From: Escherichia phage FEC14
Sequence record: MG383452
Strand: one strand, 5' to 3'
Length of the DNA stretch: 64,000 nucleotides
Shown here: positions 29,049 to 38,703 of the stretch, piece after piece
How the letters are laid out: the number at the start of each line of letters is the position of its first letter
Numbering within the stretch: position 1 is the first letter of the stretch
Program-made: the position numbers and the translations under genes
The notes under the pieces: model-generated
The model's database searches: none
What the model was told of the DNA's origin: nothing
Seen by the model: only the letters and a program-made list of their open reading frames with translations

Positions 29049-29618
29049 CTAGACAGGCTTAACGCCGAGGAACTTGGCGATATCAGCAGCCAGGTTTTTA
29101 CCCTTGCTGATGTCCTGCTCTTTGCCGTTGCAGGTGACGATCACATATGGGTCGTCTTCGCCGCCGAAGTTCACGGTGATCGCCTTGCCGATGCCTGGGA
29201 TACCAGAGTATTCGAACTCAGTGCGACCACTTTTGCGGGACTTGCCAACACCCAGTGCTTTACCGATCATCTTGTCCATGTTCGCCAGTTCCTGAGCATA
29301 GGCTTCGGTCACCTGGCCTTTGTCAGCAGACTTGCCAAAGAAGAATTCGAAACCGTCATGGACAGCAACGACTTCCTGACCTTGGGAGATACCGTGAGTC
29401 TGGTCTGGGGTTAGTTTGACTTTTGCTGTGTTACCGTCAGTGAGTTCCAGGTTGTAGACATCCGCCTGATTGTCAGGGGTGATCTGGGTGATGACAGCTC
29501 CAGAGCACCACAATGTTCCATCAGCTTGGCTTTTGATGGATATACTCTTGCCCTGGATGCCAGCATGGGTCTGAGGCTGAGCGGCTTGTTCTTTGAAATA
29601 TTGAAGGAACGGTTTCAT
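29049..29618 (-). CDS. putative capsid internal protein (189 aa), late gene
   Basis: MKPFLQYFKE-Q leader; GAGGAG RBS; exact late promoter 24 nt upstream. Confidence 0.5.
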   Translation of the reverse strand: MKPFLQYFKEQAAQPQTHAGIQGKSISIKSQADGTLWCSGAVITQITPDNQADVYNLELTDGNTAKVKLTPDQTHGISQGQEVVAVHDGFEFFFGKSADKGQVTEAYAQELANMDKMIGKALGVGKSRKSGRTEFEYSGIPGIGKAITVNFGGEDDPYVIVTCNGKEQDISKGKNLAADIAKFLGVKPV

Positions 29619-29642
29619 CTTAATCTCCTCGGGGATTTCAGT

Positions 29643-29650
29643 TATTTATA
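29643..29650 (-). promoter_or_regulatory. T4-type late promoter TATAAATA (minus strand)
   Basis: plus-strand TATTTATA = minus TATAAATA, 24 nt upstream of ATG 29618. Confidence 0.5.
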
Positions 29651-29651
29651 A

Positions 29652-29665
29652 GCCCCCGAAGGGGC
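29652..29665 (-). terminator. stem-loop downstream of the 638-aa gene (possible terminator/RNA stability element)
   Basis: GCCCC-CGAA-GGGGC hairpin immediately after stop codon; weak T-run. Confidence 0.35.
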
Positions 29666-29674
29666 TTTCGATGA

Positions 29675-31591
29675 TCAGATCTTAATCTGCATATTGCCGC
29701 CCAGGGACTGCTCGTACTCGCTGTACGCGCTTTCCCCGTTGCTTGCAGCCCATTCGTCAGACTGCTGAGCGCGAGACAGAGTCATCAGGTTTGGTTCAGT
29801 CGGGTTGTATCCCTTGGACTTAGCATCCTGGTACAGAGTCTGCAGGTACTGGTTAGCGCGATCGATTTGAGCCTTGAACTCGCGATATGCACCTTCGGTT
29901 GTGTTACGACGGAAGGTGATATCCCAGTCCACGTTCAGAGTCTGACCATCACGGCTTGCATAGATCTGCCAATCCAGGTCGCGACCTTTTGGAGCGTTGT
30001 CGCGGATGGAGCCTGCATATGTTGCCAGGTCTACACCAGTCTTTTTAGCGGTCGCTAAAACCAAGGGTGCCAAGCGATCAATAGCGGTTTGCACTATTGC
30101 GGTCAGTTTGGACGGTTTGGTGATGTCGATGTCTCGGATGACGATAGGCTGGCCGATGGTCTTCCCATTCGGTCCATATTCGGTAATTGCTTTGACAGTC
30201 AGCACAATAGGATCACTTCCTTTGGTGATACCACGGTTGATCGTCGCTGTTACAGCCCCTTTCGCGCCAAAAGAGACACTACCGGAGGCCATCGTAGAAG
30301 AAGACACACCACGAAGTTCATTTACTTTGTAGAATGCGTTCACCAGAGCACGCCAGCGGTCTGTTGTGAGTTCGGCTGCCGTGGTTTGAGCAGGAGCCAC
30401 AGCCCCAACGCCAAATTCAACATAAGCCACAATCTTGCCACCCGACTTCAGTTCCCAACCCATACCCTGACGGTCAGAAGCCGCCATGAGTTTACGATCC
30501 ACTTCCCCACGACCAACATATTCTTTGTTGAATACGGTCACCTGAGCGATAGATTGGGAGCGGGCAATCTTCGCCATTGCGCCATCTTTGACCATGATGG
30601 CCAGATCATTGGAACTCAGAGTCACGTCGTTGGCACCGACTACCTTCACAACAGAACTGAAGATGCCGTTGGATTTCGCCATGACGGAAATGTTCCAGTC
30701 AGGGTTGGCATCACTGGTCGGGAAGTTAATTTCACGCCAGTCTTTGACGCGTTGGTTGAAATTATTGAGCAGATCCGAAGGAGGAACAGGAACACCAAAT
30801 TCACGACAAATATCTTCTACGGTCGGTTCTACCACCTGCTTTCTACCGTTCTGACCAACGAGGACATCGGCCTCACTCAGGCTTGGGGTAATGTCCAAGT
30901 CAAATGTGCCACGCTGATAATAGTTGATGCGAGGAGGCTGACCGATCTTACCACGCCATGACCAGGTTGCGGGATTGTTGGTAGTAGCGCCAACATTAGT
31001 GTCTTGAGTATCGTTCTGAACCGGAACGTCGCCGACCTTGTCTGGATCATCCCATGTGACACCTTTCATTTTCGGACCATCGAATACCTGAGCAGGATCC
31101 TTACCTTTACGCACAACCCATACGAATGCACGATCAGGGATAGGGGTATACGTCAGGTCCATGACATTGAGCTTCTGCTTCAGGCCGGACTGACGGATGA
31201 TCTTCGGCAGGAGGGTAACACCACGTTCCAATGCTTTCTTGGAGAAGTTAATTGCAAAGCCGTCAATGGTTTTCCCCAAAGGCGTCGCCATGAATTGCTT
31301 TGTTGCTTCGATCATGGATGCGATGACACGCATTGGGTTTTTGAAACGACCGATTGCGTCTGGATAGGTCGAACCACGTTTCTGGCCTATGAAGACCTGA
31401 CGAACGTTCTTGCCCAGCCCCTGCGGGGTATAAAATTGGATGCGGAATTCTTTTTCGTCTTCATCAACAAATGTGAAGAAAATGTCACCAGCGTTCTTCT
31501 TACCGAATGTCAATTCATACGGGGATGAGTTAAACGCTTCGTCTAATTGTTTAGACTCTTCAAGAAAGTTCAAGAAAGATGGGATGGCCAT
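29675..31591 (-). CDS. large protein (638 aa) with capsid-targeting-like N-terminus; candidate packaged/injected protein
   Basis: MAIPSFLNFLEE-S leader resembling L-x-E cleavage context; AGGAGA RBS. Confidence 0.5.
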   Translation of the reverse strand: MAIPSFLNFLEESKQLDEAFNSSPYELTFGKKNAGDIFFTFVDEDEKEFRIQFYTPQGLGKNVRQVFIGQKRGSTYPDAIGRFKNPMRVIASMIEATKQFMATPLGKTIDGFAINFSKKALERGVTLLPKIIRQSGLKQKLNVMDLTYTPIPDRAFVWVVRKGKDPAQVFDGPKMKGVTWDDPDKVGDVPVQNDTQDTNVGATTNNPATWSWRGKIGQPPRINYYQRGTFDLDITPSLSEADVLVGQNGRKQVVEPTVEDICREFGVPVPPSDLLNNFNQRVKDWREINFPTSDANPDWNISVMAKSNGIFSSVVKVVGANDVTLSSNDLAIMVKDGAMAKIARSQSIAQVTVFNKEYVGRGEVDRKLMAASDRQGMGWELKSGGKIVAYVEFGVGAVAPAQTTAAELTTDRWRALVNAFYKVNELRGVSSSTMASGSVSFGAKGAVTATINRGITKGSDPIVLTVKAITEYGPNGKTIGQPIVIRDIDITKPSKLTAIVQTAIDRLAPLVLATAKKTGVDLATYAGSIRDNAPKGRDLDWQIYASRDGQTLNVDWDITFRRNTTEGAYREFKAQIDRANQYLQTLYQDAKSKGYNPTEPNLMTLSRAQQSDEWAASNGESAYSEYEQSLGGNMQIKI

Positions 31592-31669
31592 TGTAATTCT
31601 CCTGATTATAAAATCGGTGCGGTTTCCCTTAATTAGCGAAAAGAAAGGGATGCTAACACCCCTTTATTC

Positions 31670-31945
31670 TTAACGACGGAACGGGCGAGACGCGTTTTGG
31701 CGATTGTTGTAATTCTTATCAAATTGTGCCAACGCCGCCGGACTCCATTCGCGTTCCCATTCTTTGTCAACTTCGGTTTGGTTGGCAGGTTCAATCATTT
31801 CAGCAGTAGGAAAATCGCGTTTCATAATTTCACGCAATTGTTCAGAAGGGGCGGTTTGGGCGTGGACTAATTCTTCACCGTCGTAAACTTTGGCCATCAA
31901 CCATTTGCTGCCGTAACGGATATATGCGTCGAGGATGATTTTCAT
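31670..31945 (-). CDS. hypothetical protein (91 aa)
   Basis: ATG 31945 with GCAGGAACTACATT context; tracked ORF begins 7 codons upstream. Confidence 0.4.
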   Translation of the reverse strand: MKIILDAYIRYGSKWLMAKVYDGEELVHAQTAPSEQLREIMKRDFPTAEMIEPANQTEVDKEWEREWSPAALAQFDKNYNNRQNASRPFRR

Positions 31946-32017
31946 AATGTAGTTCCTGCTTTTCAAGTTGGTGTCGTACTGCTTATGTTTAGAATTATAC
32001 GTGGGTTATTGAAGAAG

Positions 32018-32040
32018 TAAAGGGGCTTTTGCCCCTTTTA
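32018..32040. terminator. bidirectional rho-independent terminator
   Basis: AAAGGGGC-TTTT-GCCCCTTTT. Confidence 0.5.
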
Positions 32041-32049
32041 TTGAATATT

Positions 32050-32688
32050 TTAAGGTGTTGGATTGACAACGGGAATATGGAACCTGATTCCAGAGACAAT
32101 GTCCTTCAGCTGAGGCTTCCAGCCGTCCACCAGGCGGGACAACGCGTTAGAACCAGGATAGACAATAATGATGTCGCTTCCGGTTACATTATGTTGAGGG
32201 AATTGTGACATGTATTGCTCCATCGTCACCCCTGGGTCTATCAACACAGGACCGACATCCGAAGATGCATATGTTGCCCCCAAACCGTCGACGCCCCATG
32301 CTAGTATTCCATAATCAGGAATATTGGCTTCAGAAGTTATGGTGAATCCGAAGATACGATTCAGCGCAGAAAAATCATACACGCCGTGAGCACTGTCATA
32401 TGTCAGATAACCCTTTGACAGCATATCAGCGAATATCGCGTCTGTGTCACCAGTTGCCGGAGTCGGTATGGTAAACAATAACTCACCAGCAGGAGGGGAT
32501 GGATACGTGCCGAGCGCATAAAGGCACCAAGCGTCAATGCATTTCTTGATGAATGCTTCAGGCGCGACATAATCCGCAAGGCGCATTGTACCGGAATATT
32601 CTGAAGTAATGATCCCTTCCTTCGCGCCCTGAATGGCCAGAAATACCATTATGTGTTCATATCCGGTCTGAGATGGAGTGATATTCAT
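32050..32688 (-). CDS. hypothetical protein (212 aa)
   Basis: ORF track. Confidence 0.45.
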   Translation of the reverse strand: MNITPSQTGYEHIMVFLAIQGAKEGIITSEYSGTMRLADYVAPEAFIKKCIDAWCLYALGTYPSPPAGELLFTIPTPATGDTDAIFADMLSKGYLTYDSAHGVYDFSALNRIFGFTITSEANIPDYGILAWGVDGLGATYASSDVGPVLIDPGVTMEQYMSQFPQHNVTGSDIIIVYPGSNALSRLVDGWKPQLKDIVSGIRFHIPVVNPTP

Positions 32689-33305
32689 TATCTGGTCCTC
32701 TTGAGTTTCTCAATCGTGCGCTTATTCATGGCGATCACTCCTGGGTCGACCTTTGGGTTTATTGCCATGCCTTTGAAAGACACACATCGTTGAAGATATT
32801 TAGCCTTCTTCACGACGTCGGCTGCATAAGAATTGGATTTCTGGTTACGATTGAACCCAGCATTGTAAGAGGAAAGGGATTTGCGGATGTTTTGGTTATG
32901 ATATTCTAGCCAGAAATTCATTTCATCAAGGGCAGCATTGGCAGCATATTCTTGATTGACCAGTAATTTGATCGCCACGTTGGCGTAACACTTCTGTGTT
33001 TTGCATCCCTCCCGTTTCCCGACGGTTTGGACGCGATTTTGAAATGCCCCCATATTAGCCGATTTGAGGTTATTCCGCATGGATACAACATCTTCTCCAG
33101 CGCGGCTTTCCCTCCATGATATTGCGGCGAGAGTGAAACCAAGGTCTTGTTGTTTTCCCACGTGATAGGCTGTGGCCATGGTTGAAAGTTGTTGATCAGA
33201 AAACTCATAATCACATTGGGTGGTACTTTGGGAAGCGTGCACACTCCCGCTGGCAATGGTAAAGGTCACGGACAAGGCCATGGCCTTCAACGTTGTCATC
33301 GTCAT
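32688..33305 (-). CDS. secreted protein with lytic-transglycosylase (SLT)-like domain
   Basis: signal-peptide-like N-terminus (…ASGSVHA); ESRAG, GAFQN and SYNAG motifs in SLT order. Confidence 0.45.
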   Translation of the reverse strand: MTMTTLKAMALSVTFTIASGSVHASQSTTQCDYEFSDQQLSTMATAYHVGKQQDLGFTLAAISWRESRAGEDVVSMRNNLKSANMGAFQNRVQTVGKREGCKTQKCYANVAIKLLVNQEYAANAALDEMNFWLEYHNQNIRKSLSSYNAGFNRNQKSNSYAADVVKKAKYLQRCVSFKGMAINPKVDPGVIAMNKRTIEKLKRTR

Positions 33306-33401
33306 GATGGCGTTCCTTATGTGTTTGTCGACTTGCAGCTCGCTGGAGCCTCCTGACAGGGTTAAAAGATAAAGGGCACTTGATATTTAGTGCCCTTCAC
33401 C

Positions 33402-33686
33402 TTATTCGTAGATCAGATGGTATGATTCCTCGATGCATTCCAACCAACCGTAGACAAATTCCATAGGATCATCCCAAGCTGTATTGGAAGCAATAGTGAA
33501 ATCCCCGTCCAAGATTTGCATGTCAGTATATTTGTTGAAACCTAACACGGCATCAACGACTATTAAGCCACCTTGCTCTAGATAACGCTTTGGGGTCAAC
33601 GTCACCTGATAATGTTTGTTTCGCTGATTCCATAACTCGACAGCGATATCACAAGCAATCTGAATTTCATCTTTCTCTTCTGACAT
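33402..33686 (-). CDS. hypothetical protein (94 aa)
   Basis: ORF track. Confidence 0.4.
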   Translation of the reverse strand: MSEEKDEIQIACDIAVELWNQRNKHYQVTLTPKRYLEQGGLIVVDAVLGFNKYTDMQILDGDFTIASNTAWDDPMEFVYGWLECIEESYHLIYE

Positions 33687-33996
33687 ATGTTTGTCTCAAA
33701 TATTCAGTAAAAGATTTACCCAACTTACGGAATAGTTTAATACGACCGATCACTTTGACATAAACATCTCCATGACATGGGCGCGGCTTACACCAGCATC
33801 CCAAGGTCTTTCCATCTAATTCAAGGAGTTCATCTTCGGTGATATCCCCTTCAATCAGGCGCACATACAAGTCGTCTTCAAACAACTCAATACAGTTTCC
33901 CCGCCCGTGGTCTTTGACCTCGAACGGGTTTCCCCATTTGCCAGGACGGCCAATGTAGACGTCGTGTGGTTCCTTCTTGAAGTGGACGACTTTCAT
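33667..33996 (-). CDS. conserved hypothetical protein (DUF4326-like pattern)
   Basis: 109 aa; HDVYIGRPGKWGNPF ... LGCWCKPRPCHGDV pattern. Confidence 0.4.
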   Translation of the reverse strand: MKVVHFKKEPHDVYIGRPGKWGNPFEVKDHGRGNCIELFEDDLYVRLIEGDITEDELLELDGKTLGCWCKPRPCHGDVYVKVIGRIKLFRKLGKSFTEYLRQTYVRRER

Positions 33997-34148
33997 ATGA
34001 TTGTATCAGCTAACCAGTATGCTGCCCAAACGCTTACACCACCGTACATAAAACCATAGATAATTTCTCCAGAGTTTATGTGGCGTAAACACATATTCAC
34101 AGAACAAATTGTGATTAAAATCAAAAATACCAAACAAATAGTAGCCAT
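33993..34148 (-). CDS. small hydrophobic protein (about 51 aa), translationally coupled
   Basis: unlisted ORF MATICLVFLILITICSV...; ATGA overlaps at both ends with flanking genes. Confidence 0.3.
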   Translation of the reverse strand: MATICLVFLILITICSVNMCLRHINSGEIIYGFMYGGVSVWAAYWLADTII

Positions 34149-34462
34149 CATGACATATCCTCATAATTAGATAGATTGATCAAGAAGGGCAGGTTCCGGT
34201 CATATATGAGGTCAATGGCCTTGCGGCTACCCACAGCCTCACATGTCCAATAACTGTAATTCCCTGCGATCTTCAATGCTAGTCGGACGACATGACGCCT
34301 CATATTGTACTGAGCCAACTGATATCGGGCGCGTGTCTTCTTGCGCCAGCATTGATTCTCCGCTTTGTACTTGTAGAGGATCATCAGGCGAACGGCTTTG
34401 TACAGGCGCTTTTCAGCGCCCTTGGATTTCTTTGATACACGAATCAGGCTACCCATGATCAA
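34148..34462 (-). CDS. hypothetical basic protein (104 aa)
   Basis: ORF track; Lys/Arg-rich. Confidence 0.4.
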   Translation of the reverse strand: MIMGSLIRVSKKSKGAEKRLYKAVRLMILYKYKAENQCWRKKTRARYQLAQYNMRRHVVRLALKIAGNYSYWTCEAVGSRKAIDLIYDRNLPFLINLSNYEDMS

Positions 34463-36792
34463 TCCTTCTTAATCACTTCGGTCATGCCATTACGCAGACC
34501 ATAACGAATGTTATGTTGGAAATATTCTTGGAACTCCTGTTCACGCTGACTGATGACAAACAGATTGTTCCCACCAAATTTATGTTTCAGCATCTCAACC
34601 GATTCTTGTACGCCACGCTCGCTCATGTTCTCAAGGATTTCATCTAACACAAACAGGTTACATTGCACCGACGCCTTGAGGTTGGCCACGTCCCGTAGGG
34701 CTAATGTCACAGCCAGATTGAGTCGGCTGCGTTGTCCTGTAGACAGGGAGAATATGCTTTGCCCTTTACGACCTGCAGCGCTCATGGTGATTTCAAATGT
34801 ATCATCAACAGCAATATCCAAGAACATATTGAGTGCTTCAAGATACTCGTTTATTTTACTATTGAGGAAAGGCAAATACAGGCTGATAATTCGAGCCTTG
34901 GTCTGATCATCTTTTAGGAAGAACAGAAGATGGTTCAGGTCTTGCAATTTCTCATCCAACTCTACGCGCCGCGCATTCAGATCTTCCATTAATGCCGTGA
35001 TGCGAGCGATCTCTCCTTCCAGGGCTTCAGTTGGTGTCGGCTTAACCGCCAATTTACGCTCTAAATCGGCAATGGATGCCTCTAGAGGGGCACGGCGTGA
35101 TTTCAGGCTGGTGAGTTTATCAGCCGTGTCGTTGATACTCTTAGAGAGCTGCTCACGCGCTTGACGGATTGACGTCGTGATATCTTCGTAACGGGTGTCT
35201 ACGGCCTTGAGGACGTCGTTAATTTTGGACTGTTGTTCCCGCTGTAAAGATGTTTTCTCAACAGCAGCGACATCATAGAATCCTTGGATGTCGCGTTTTA
35301 ATGTAGCGATCGCCGATTCCGCTTCTCGGATTTCATTGCGCAAAGCATCCAGTTCTTTGTCAATAACCGAAATCTGAGAAGATAATTCTGAATCTCTGAC
35401 ATTGTAATTCTCAATCAGGGAATTCACTTCTTCTAGGGCTGTATCAACCTGAAGAATCTTGTCAGTCAGTTCACTGATTTGTGGATAATATTGACTTTCA
35501 ATGCGTGATTTGGTATCGTCCGACACTAATTGCGTACACGTAGGGCAAGTGCCCATATCGTGGAAACGTTTGATGGCAGATTCATGTCCTTCCATTTCTG
35601 TTACGAATTTGATACGGAAGTTCTCACCCTGCTGACGCCGCGCTAATGCTTTGTTCAGTTCATCCAGGTTAGCATTCCGTTGGCTGACCAGATCATTTTT
35701 ACGTTCCGCGACTACCGCCATTCTCTCCCGAATTTCTTGTAATGAACGTTCGCCATCAGACACCTCGATACGTTCATAGTCTTCAGCCTTGGTATCAGCA
35801 TCATCCTGAACTGCTTGGATTTTGGCCGCATACTCTTCATTGATGGAATCGATATCCACCTTCATTTCAGCGTTCAGGCGATTACGGACTTCTGATAATT
35901 CAGTTTCTAATTTAGAATCTTGGGCACGGAATTCCGTCAGTTCGTCTTGAGAAGCACCAATATCTGAATTCAAACTATTCAGACGTTCCTTCTCTTGGAC
36001 AAGGATATCAGCAGATTGTTGCTGGATCATCGCATTGGAATTATTGATCTGTTCCAACTGCGCTTGCTGGCCTTTTAAATTTACATCATGAAAGGCGTAA
36101 TCATTGGTGACCGTCGTGAGTTCATTCGTTACTGTCTTGATAGATGCTTTTACATCTTCATTCATCAGACTGAAGAACCCCAAATCCCAGATTGTCTCTA
36201 CCATAGCGCGACGGTCGGCAGTGTACATTTCCGTGAATGGGATGAACTTCTCTTTGCCCAGAACCAGGGAGTTCTCAAACATCTTCTGGTCCACGCCAAT
36301 CAGGTTCACAATATATTTGTTCATGTCGGCTTTGGCCGCATCATTCACGACCTTCTTCCACTCACCGTCTACCATCTGATAGACTTCTACGAAATCAGGT
36401 TTGATACCACGACGGACTTTCCATTCACTTCCTCGAGTGGAGAACTCAACTTCACCCACGCATTCCTTTTTGTTTTGGGAATTGACTAATCCGGCTTTCT
36501 TTTCTTTCTTGCTGTATGTGTCATTATACAGAACGAAGAACAGCAGCCAGACAAGCATGGTGGATTTACCAGCGCCATTGTCATCGGATGTAACCAAGGT
36601 TGCCGAATTGCGTTGGTAATCAATTTCCATGAATTCATTACCGATAGAACGGAAGTTTTTAGCGCGACCGCGATGGAAAGTCAGTTTGTGGGTAATTTCC
36701 CCACGAATTTCAAATGGTACTTCAACAGAAACAGGAGTGTCCGCTTCTTTCAACAGCGAACCAAATTTTGATAATAGGTCTACATTGTTCAT
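34459..36792 (-). CDS. 46: Rad50/SbcC-like recombination ATPase, T4 gp46-like
   Basis: 777 aa; N-terminal Walker A NGAGKSTM, long coiled coil with CPTC zinc hook, C-terminal signature/Walker B (LFVLDEILENM). Confidence 0.85.
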   Translation of the reverse strand: MNNVDLLSKFGSLLKEADTPVSVEVPFEIRGEITHKLTFHRGRAKNFRSIGNEFMEIDYQRNSATLVTSDDNGAGKSTMLVWLLFFVLYNDTYSKKEKKAGLVNSQNKKECVGEVEFSTRGSEWKVRRGIKPDFVEVYQMVDGEWKKVVNDAAKADMNKYIVNLIGVDQKMFENSLVLGKEKFIPFTEMYTADRRAMVETIWDLGFFSLMNEDVKASIKTVTNELTTVTNDYAFHDVNLKGQQAQLEQINNSNAMIQQQSADILVQEKERLNSLNSDIGASQDELTEFRAQDSKLETELSEVRNRLNAEMKVDIDSINEEYAAKIQAVQDDADTKAEDYERIEVSDGERSLQEIRERMAVVAERKNDLVSQRNANLDELNKALARRQQGENFRIKFVTEMEGHESAIKRFHDMGTCPTCTQLVSDDTKSRIESQYYPQISELTDKILQVDTALEEVNSLIENYNVRDSELSSQISVIDKELDALRNEIREAESAIATLKRDIQGFYDVAAVEKTSLQREQQSKINDVLKAVDTRYEDITTSIRQAREQLSKSINDTADKLTSLKSRRAPLEASIADLERKLAVKPTPTEALEGEIARITALMEDLNARRVELDEKLQDLNHLLFFLKDDQTKARIISLYLPFLNSKINEYLEALNMFLDIAVDDTFEITMSAAGRKGQSIFSLSTGQRSRLNLAVTLALRDVANLKASVQCNLFVLDEILENMSERGVQESVEMLKHKFGGNNLFVISQREQEFQEYFQHNIRYGLRNGMTEVIKKD

Positions 36793-36794
36793 TA

Positions 36795-37910
36795 TTATGC
36801 ATCCAATGTGTTCAAACGTTGTTGGGCAGCATTATAAAATTGTTCTGCAAGTTTGCAAACATTTTCAGGGCGCTGGATATTGTTGGCTGCGCGGATATCA
36901 TTTTTCAAGACTTCTACAGCATCAGTAGCCACCATCTCTTCAGTGACTTCTACCTTCTCGGAAGCAACAGTAATCGTCCGATCGATGAAGTTGTAATCGA
37001 TGCATTTACAGCGCTTCAATGCGTCACAGAACTTTTCATAATGCTTGGCATTGTCACGGTTCTGTACAATCACCTTAACGATTTGCCCTTCAATACCCAA
37101 AACATTGTTTAACCAATCGGGGTCGATCCAATTACCTTCAGTATCAGAAGACATTTGTGTGTAGTCGTATTCCACGAACCGGAACAACGTTTGTTGTTCG
37201 TTGTTGGGGATAAACAATTCCCCGCCATTCATGTCGTCTACATAGAATCCTCGGTTCGTCCCGTCTTTGTGGTCTTCCCAGGTAAGATGATAAGGAGTCC
37301 CAATATACTGAATGTTACCTTCCATCGAACGGGTATGGAAATGTCCGGTATCCACGCGCTCGAATTTCGAAAGGAGCGCCAAGTCGATCTGACCTTTATC
37401 ACATACAGAGGACTGGTACATTTTGAACCCTGCCAACTCCAGATGCGCAAAACAGTACTTGGCGTCTGTATCTTGTATCGCTTTAATGGACGCATCATAG
37501 TTCTCTTTGTTAATCCACGGCAGTAGGAGGGTCTTGACACCTTCAATCATTACTTCAGTTGGTTCGCTGTAATAATGATAAACATCCGGTGCCAATTCAT
37601 TAAGATAAGAAGGCCAGTTAATGCGATTGGACTCTTCTAACGTGATATCATGGTTTCCAACGATGCCATTCCATTTGATACCCGCCTTTCTCAGGGCTGG
37701 CGTTAATTCATCTTTCAACCAATCTTTATCGCGACCATACATGAATTTGCGAACATCAAACGTATCACCAAATTGCCACACTTCTTTAATATCGGCGTCA
37801 ACCAATTCTGGAATAAAATAATTGATGAGATAATTCTTTATGAATTCTCGAACGTAACGGGAACCATTACGGCTCCCGATATGTAAATCGCCAATTTTAG
37901 CAATCGCCAT
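36795..37910 (-). CDS. 47: Mre11/SbcD-like nuclease, T4 gp47-like
   Basis: 371 aa; calcineurin-like phosphoesterase motifs GDLHIG, GDTFD, GNHD; directly upstream of 46 as in T4. Confidence 0.85.
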   Translation of the reverse strand: MAIAKIGDLHIGSRNGSRYVREFIKNYLINYFIPELVDADIKEVWQFGDTFDVRKFMYGRDKDWLKDELTPALRKAGIKWNGIVGNHDITLEESNRINWPSYLNELAPDVYHYYSEPTEVMIEGVKTLLLPWINKENYDASIKAIQDTDAKYCFAHLELAGFKMYQSSVCDKGQIDLALLSKFERVDTGHFHTRSMEGNIQYIGTPYHLTWEDHKDGTNRGFYVDDMNGGELFIPNNEQQTLFRFVEYDYTQMSSDTEGNWIDPDWLNNVLGIEGQIVKVIVQNRDNAKHYEKFCDALKRCKCIDYNFIDRTITVASEKVEVTEEMVATDAVEVLKNDIRAANNIQRPENVCKLAEQFYNAAQQRLNTLDA

Positions 37911-38703
37911 TATTTTGTTGCTCCCGTTCTAATGCTCGTTTCTTTGCTTCTTCCCAATCTGGTTCCATAGAACATATTTCGTCTTCCAGATTGAATTGAG
38001 TAGAGCCGAAGTCATAGTCTGAATTATCTTCGGCGTCGGCGGTAATGGTATTTTCACTCTTTGTGAGACATTGAAGTATACCGCGAGGAATTTTCTTATT
38101 CTTTTCCTCTTCTTTGATGGCGATTTGCTTTTGGCGTTCCTTTTCGCGCTGTGCTTCTTTCTTAGTTTCAAAATTTCCGATACGCTCACGGAAGTCCATT
38201 GTTATACCAGTGCTGTCTACGAATGTCTGTTGCTGGAAGTCTGGGTCATCTGATAATGCAGCGAAACCACCTGCTTCTTCAAATGAACGCAACTTGATAT
38301 AATTGTGTTCTTCTTCACTGGTGAGTTTCTTGGCGAATGAACGATCGGCGCACATCGTTACCCAAGAGAAGAAATTGATTTTTCCTTTCTTGCCGATATG
38401 ACTGACGTCAAATGTATGGAGGTAACGAAGAATGTTAACAACGGCCTCACTGACCATGTCTTCGCGGTATGGATAATCACGATAGTTGTAGCGCATACTC
38501 ATGTTCTTAATAATCATCTGAACATTCATGGCCACATAATTGGGGATTCTTGGTAGGGGTGTTCCTTCGGCCAAAGCCTTTTTGCGAGCCGGAATCCAAT
38601 CTCTCAATATTCCAACAACACGGTCATTATCTTCGTCTGTGAAATATTTGGTGACGTTATCACCCCTGTCTACAAAATTCATACCCATCGTGATAATCCT
38701 CAA
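37897..38703 (-). CDS. 55: putative late-transcription sigma factor, gp55-like
   Basis: 268 aa; region ...NVQMIIKNMSMRYNYRDYPYREDMVSEAVVNILRYLHTFD... resembles T4 gp55 core; 55-47-46 synteny; long acidic C-terminal extension. Confidence 0.45.
   Translation of the reverse strand: MRIITMGMNFVDRGDNVTKYFTDEDNDRVVGILRDWIPARKKALAEGTPLPRIPNYVAMNVQMIIKNMSMRYNYRDYPYREDMVSEAVVNILRYLHTFDVSHIGKKGKINFFSWVTMCADRSFAKKLTSEEEHNYIKLRSFEEAGGFAALSDDPDFQQQTFVDSTGITMDFRERIGNFETKKEAQREKERQKQIAIKEEEKNKKIPRGILQCLTKSENTITADAEDNSDYDFGSTQFNLEDEICSMEPDWEEAKKRALEREQQNNGDC

Noticed and set aside
30089-31528. Plus-strand ORFs 30089-30961 and 31004-31528
   Set aside because: Antisense to the 638-aa minus-strand gene with clear RBS and coding periodicity; no start context.
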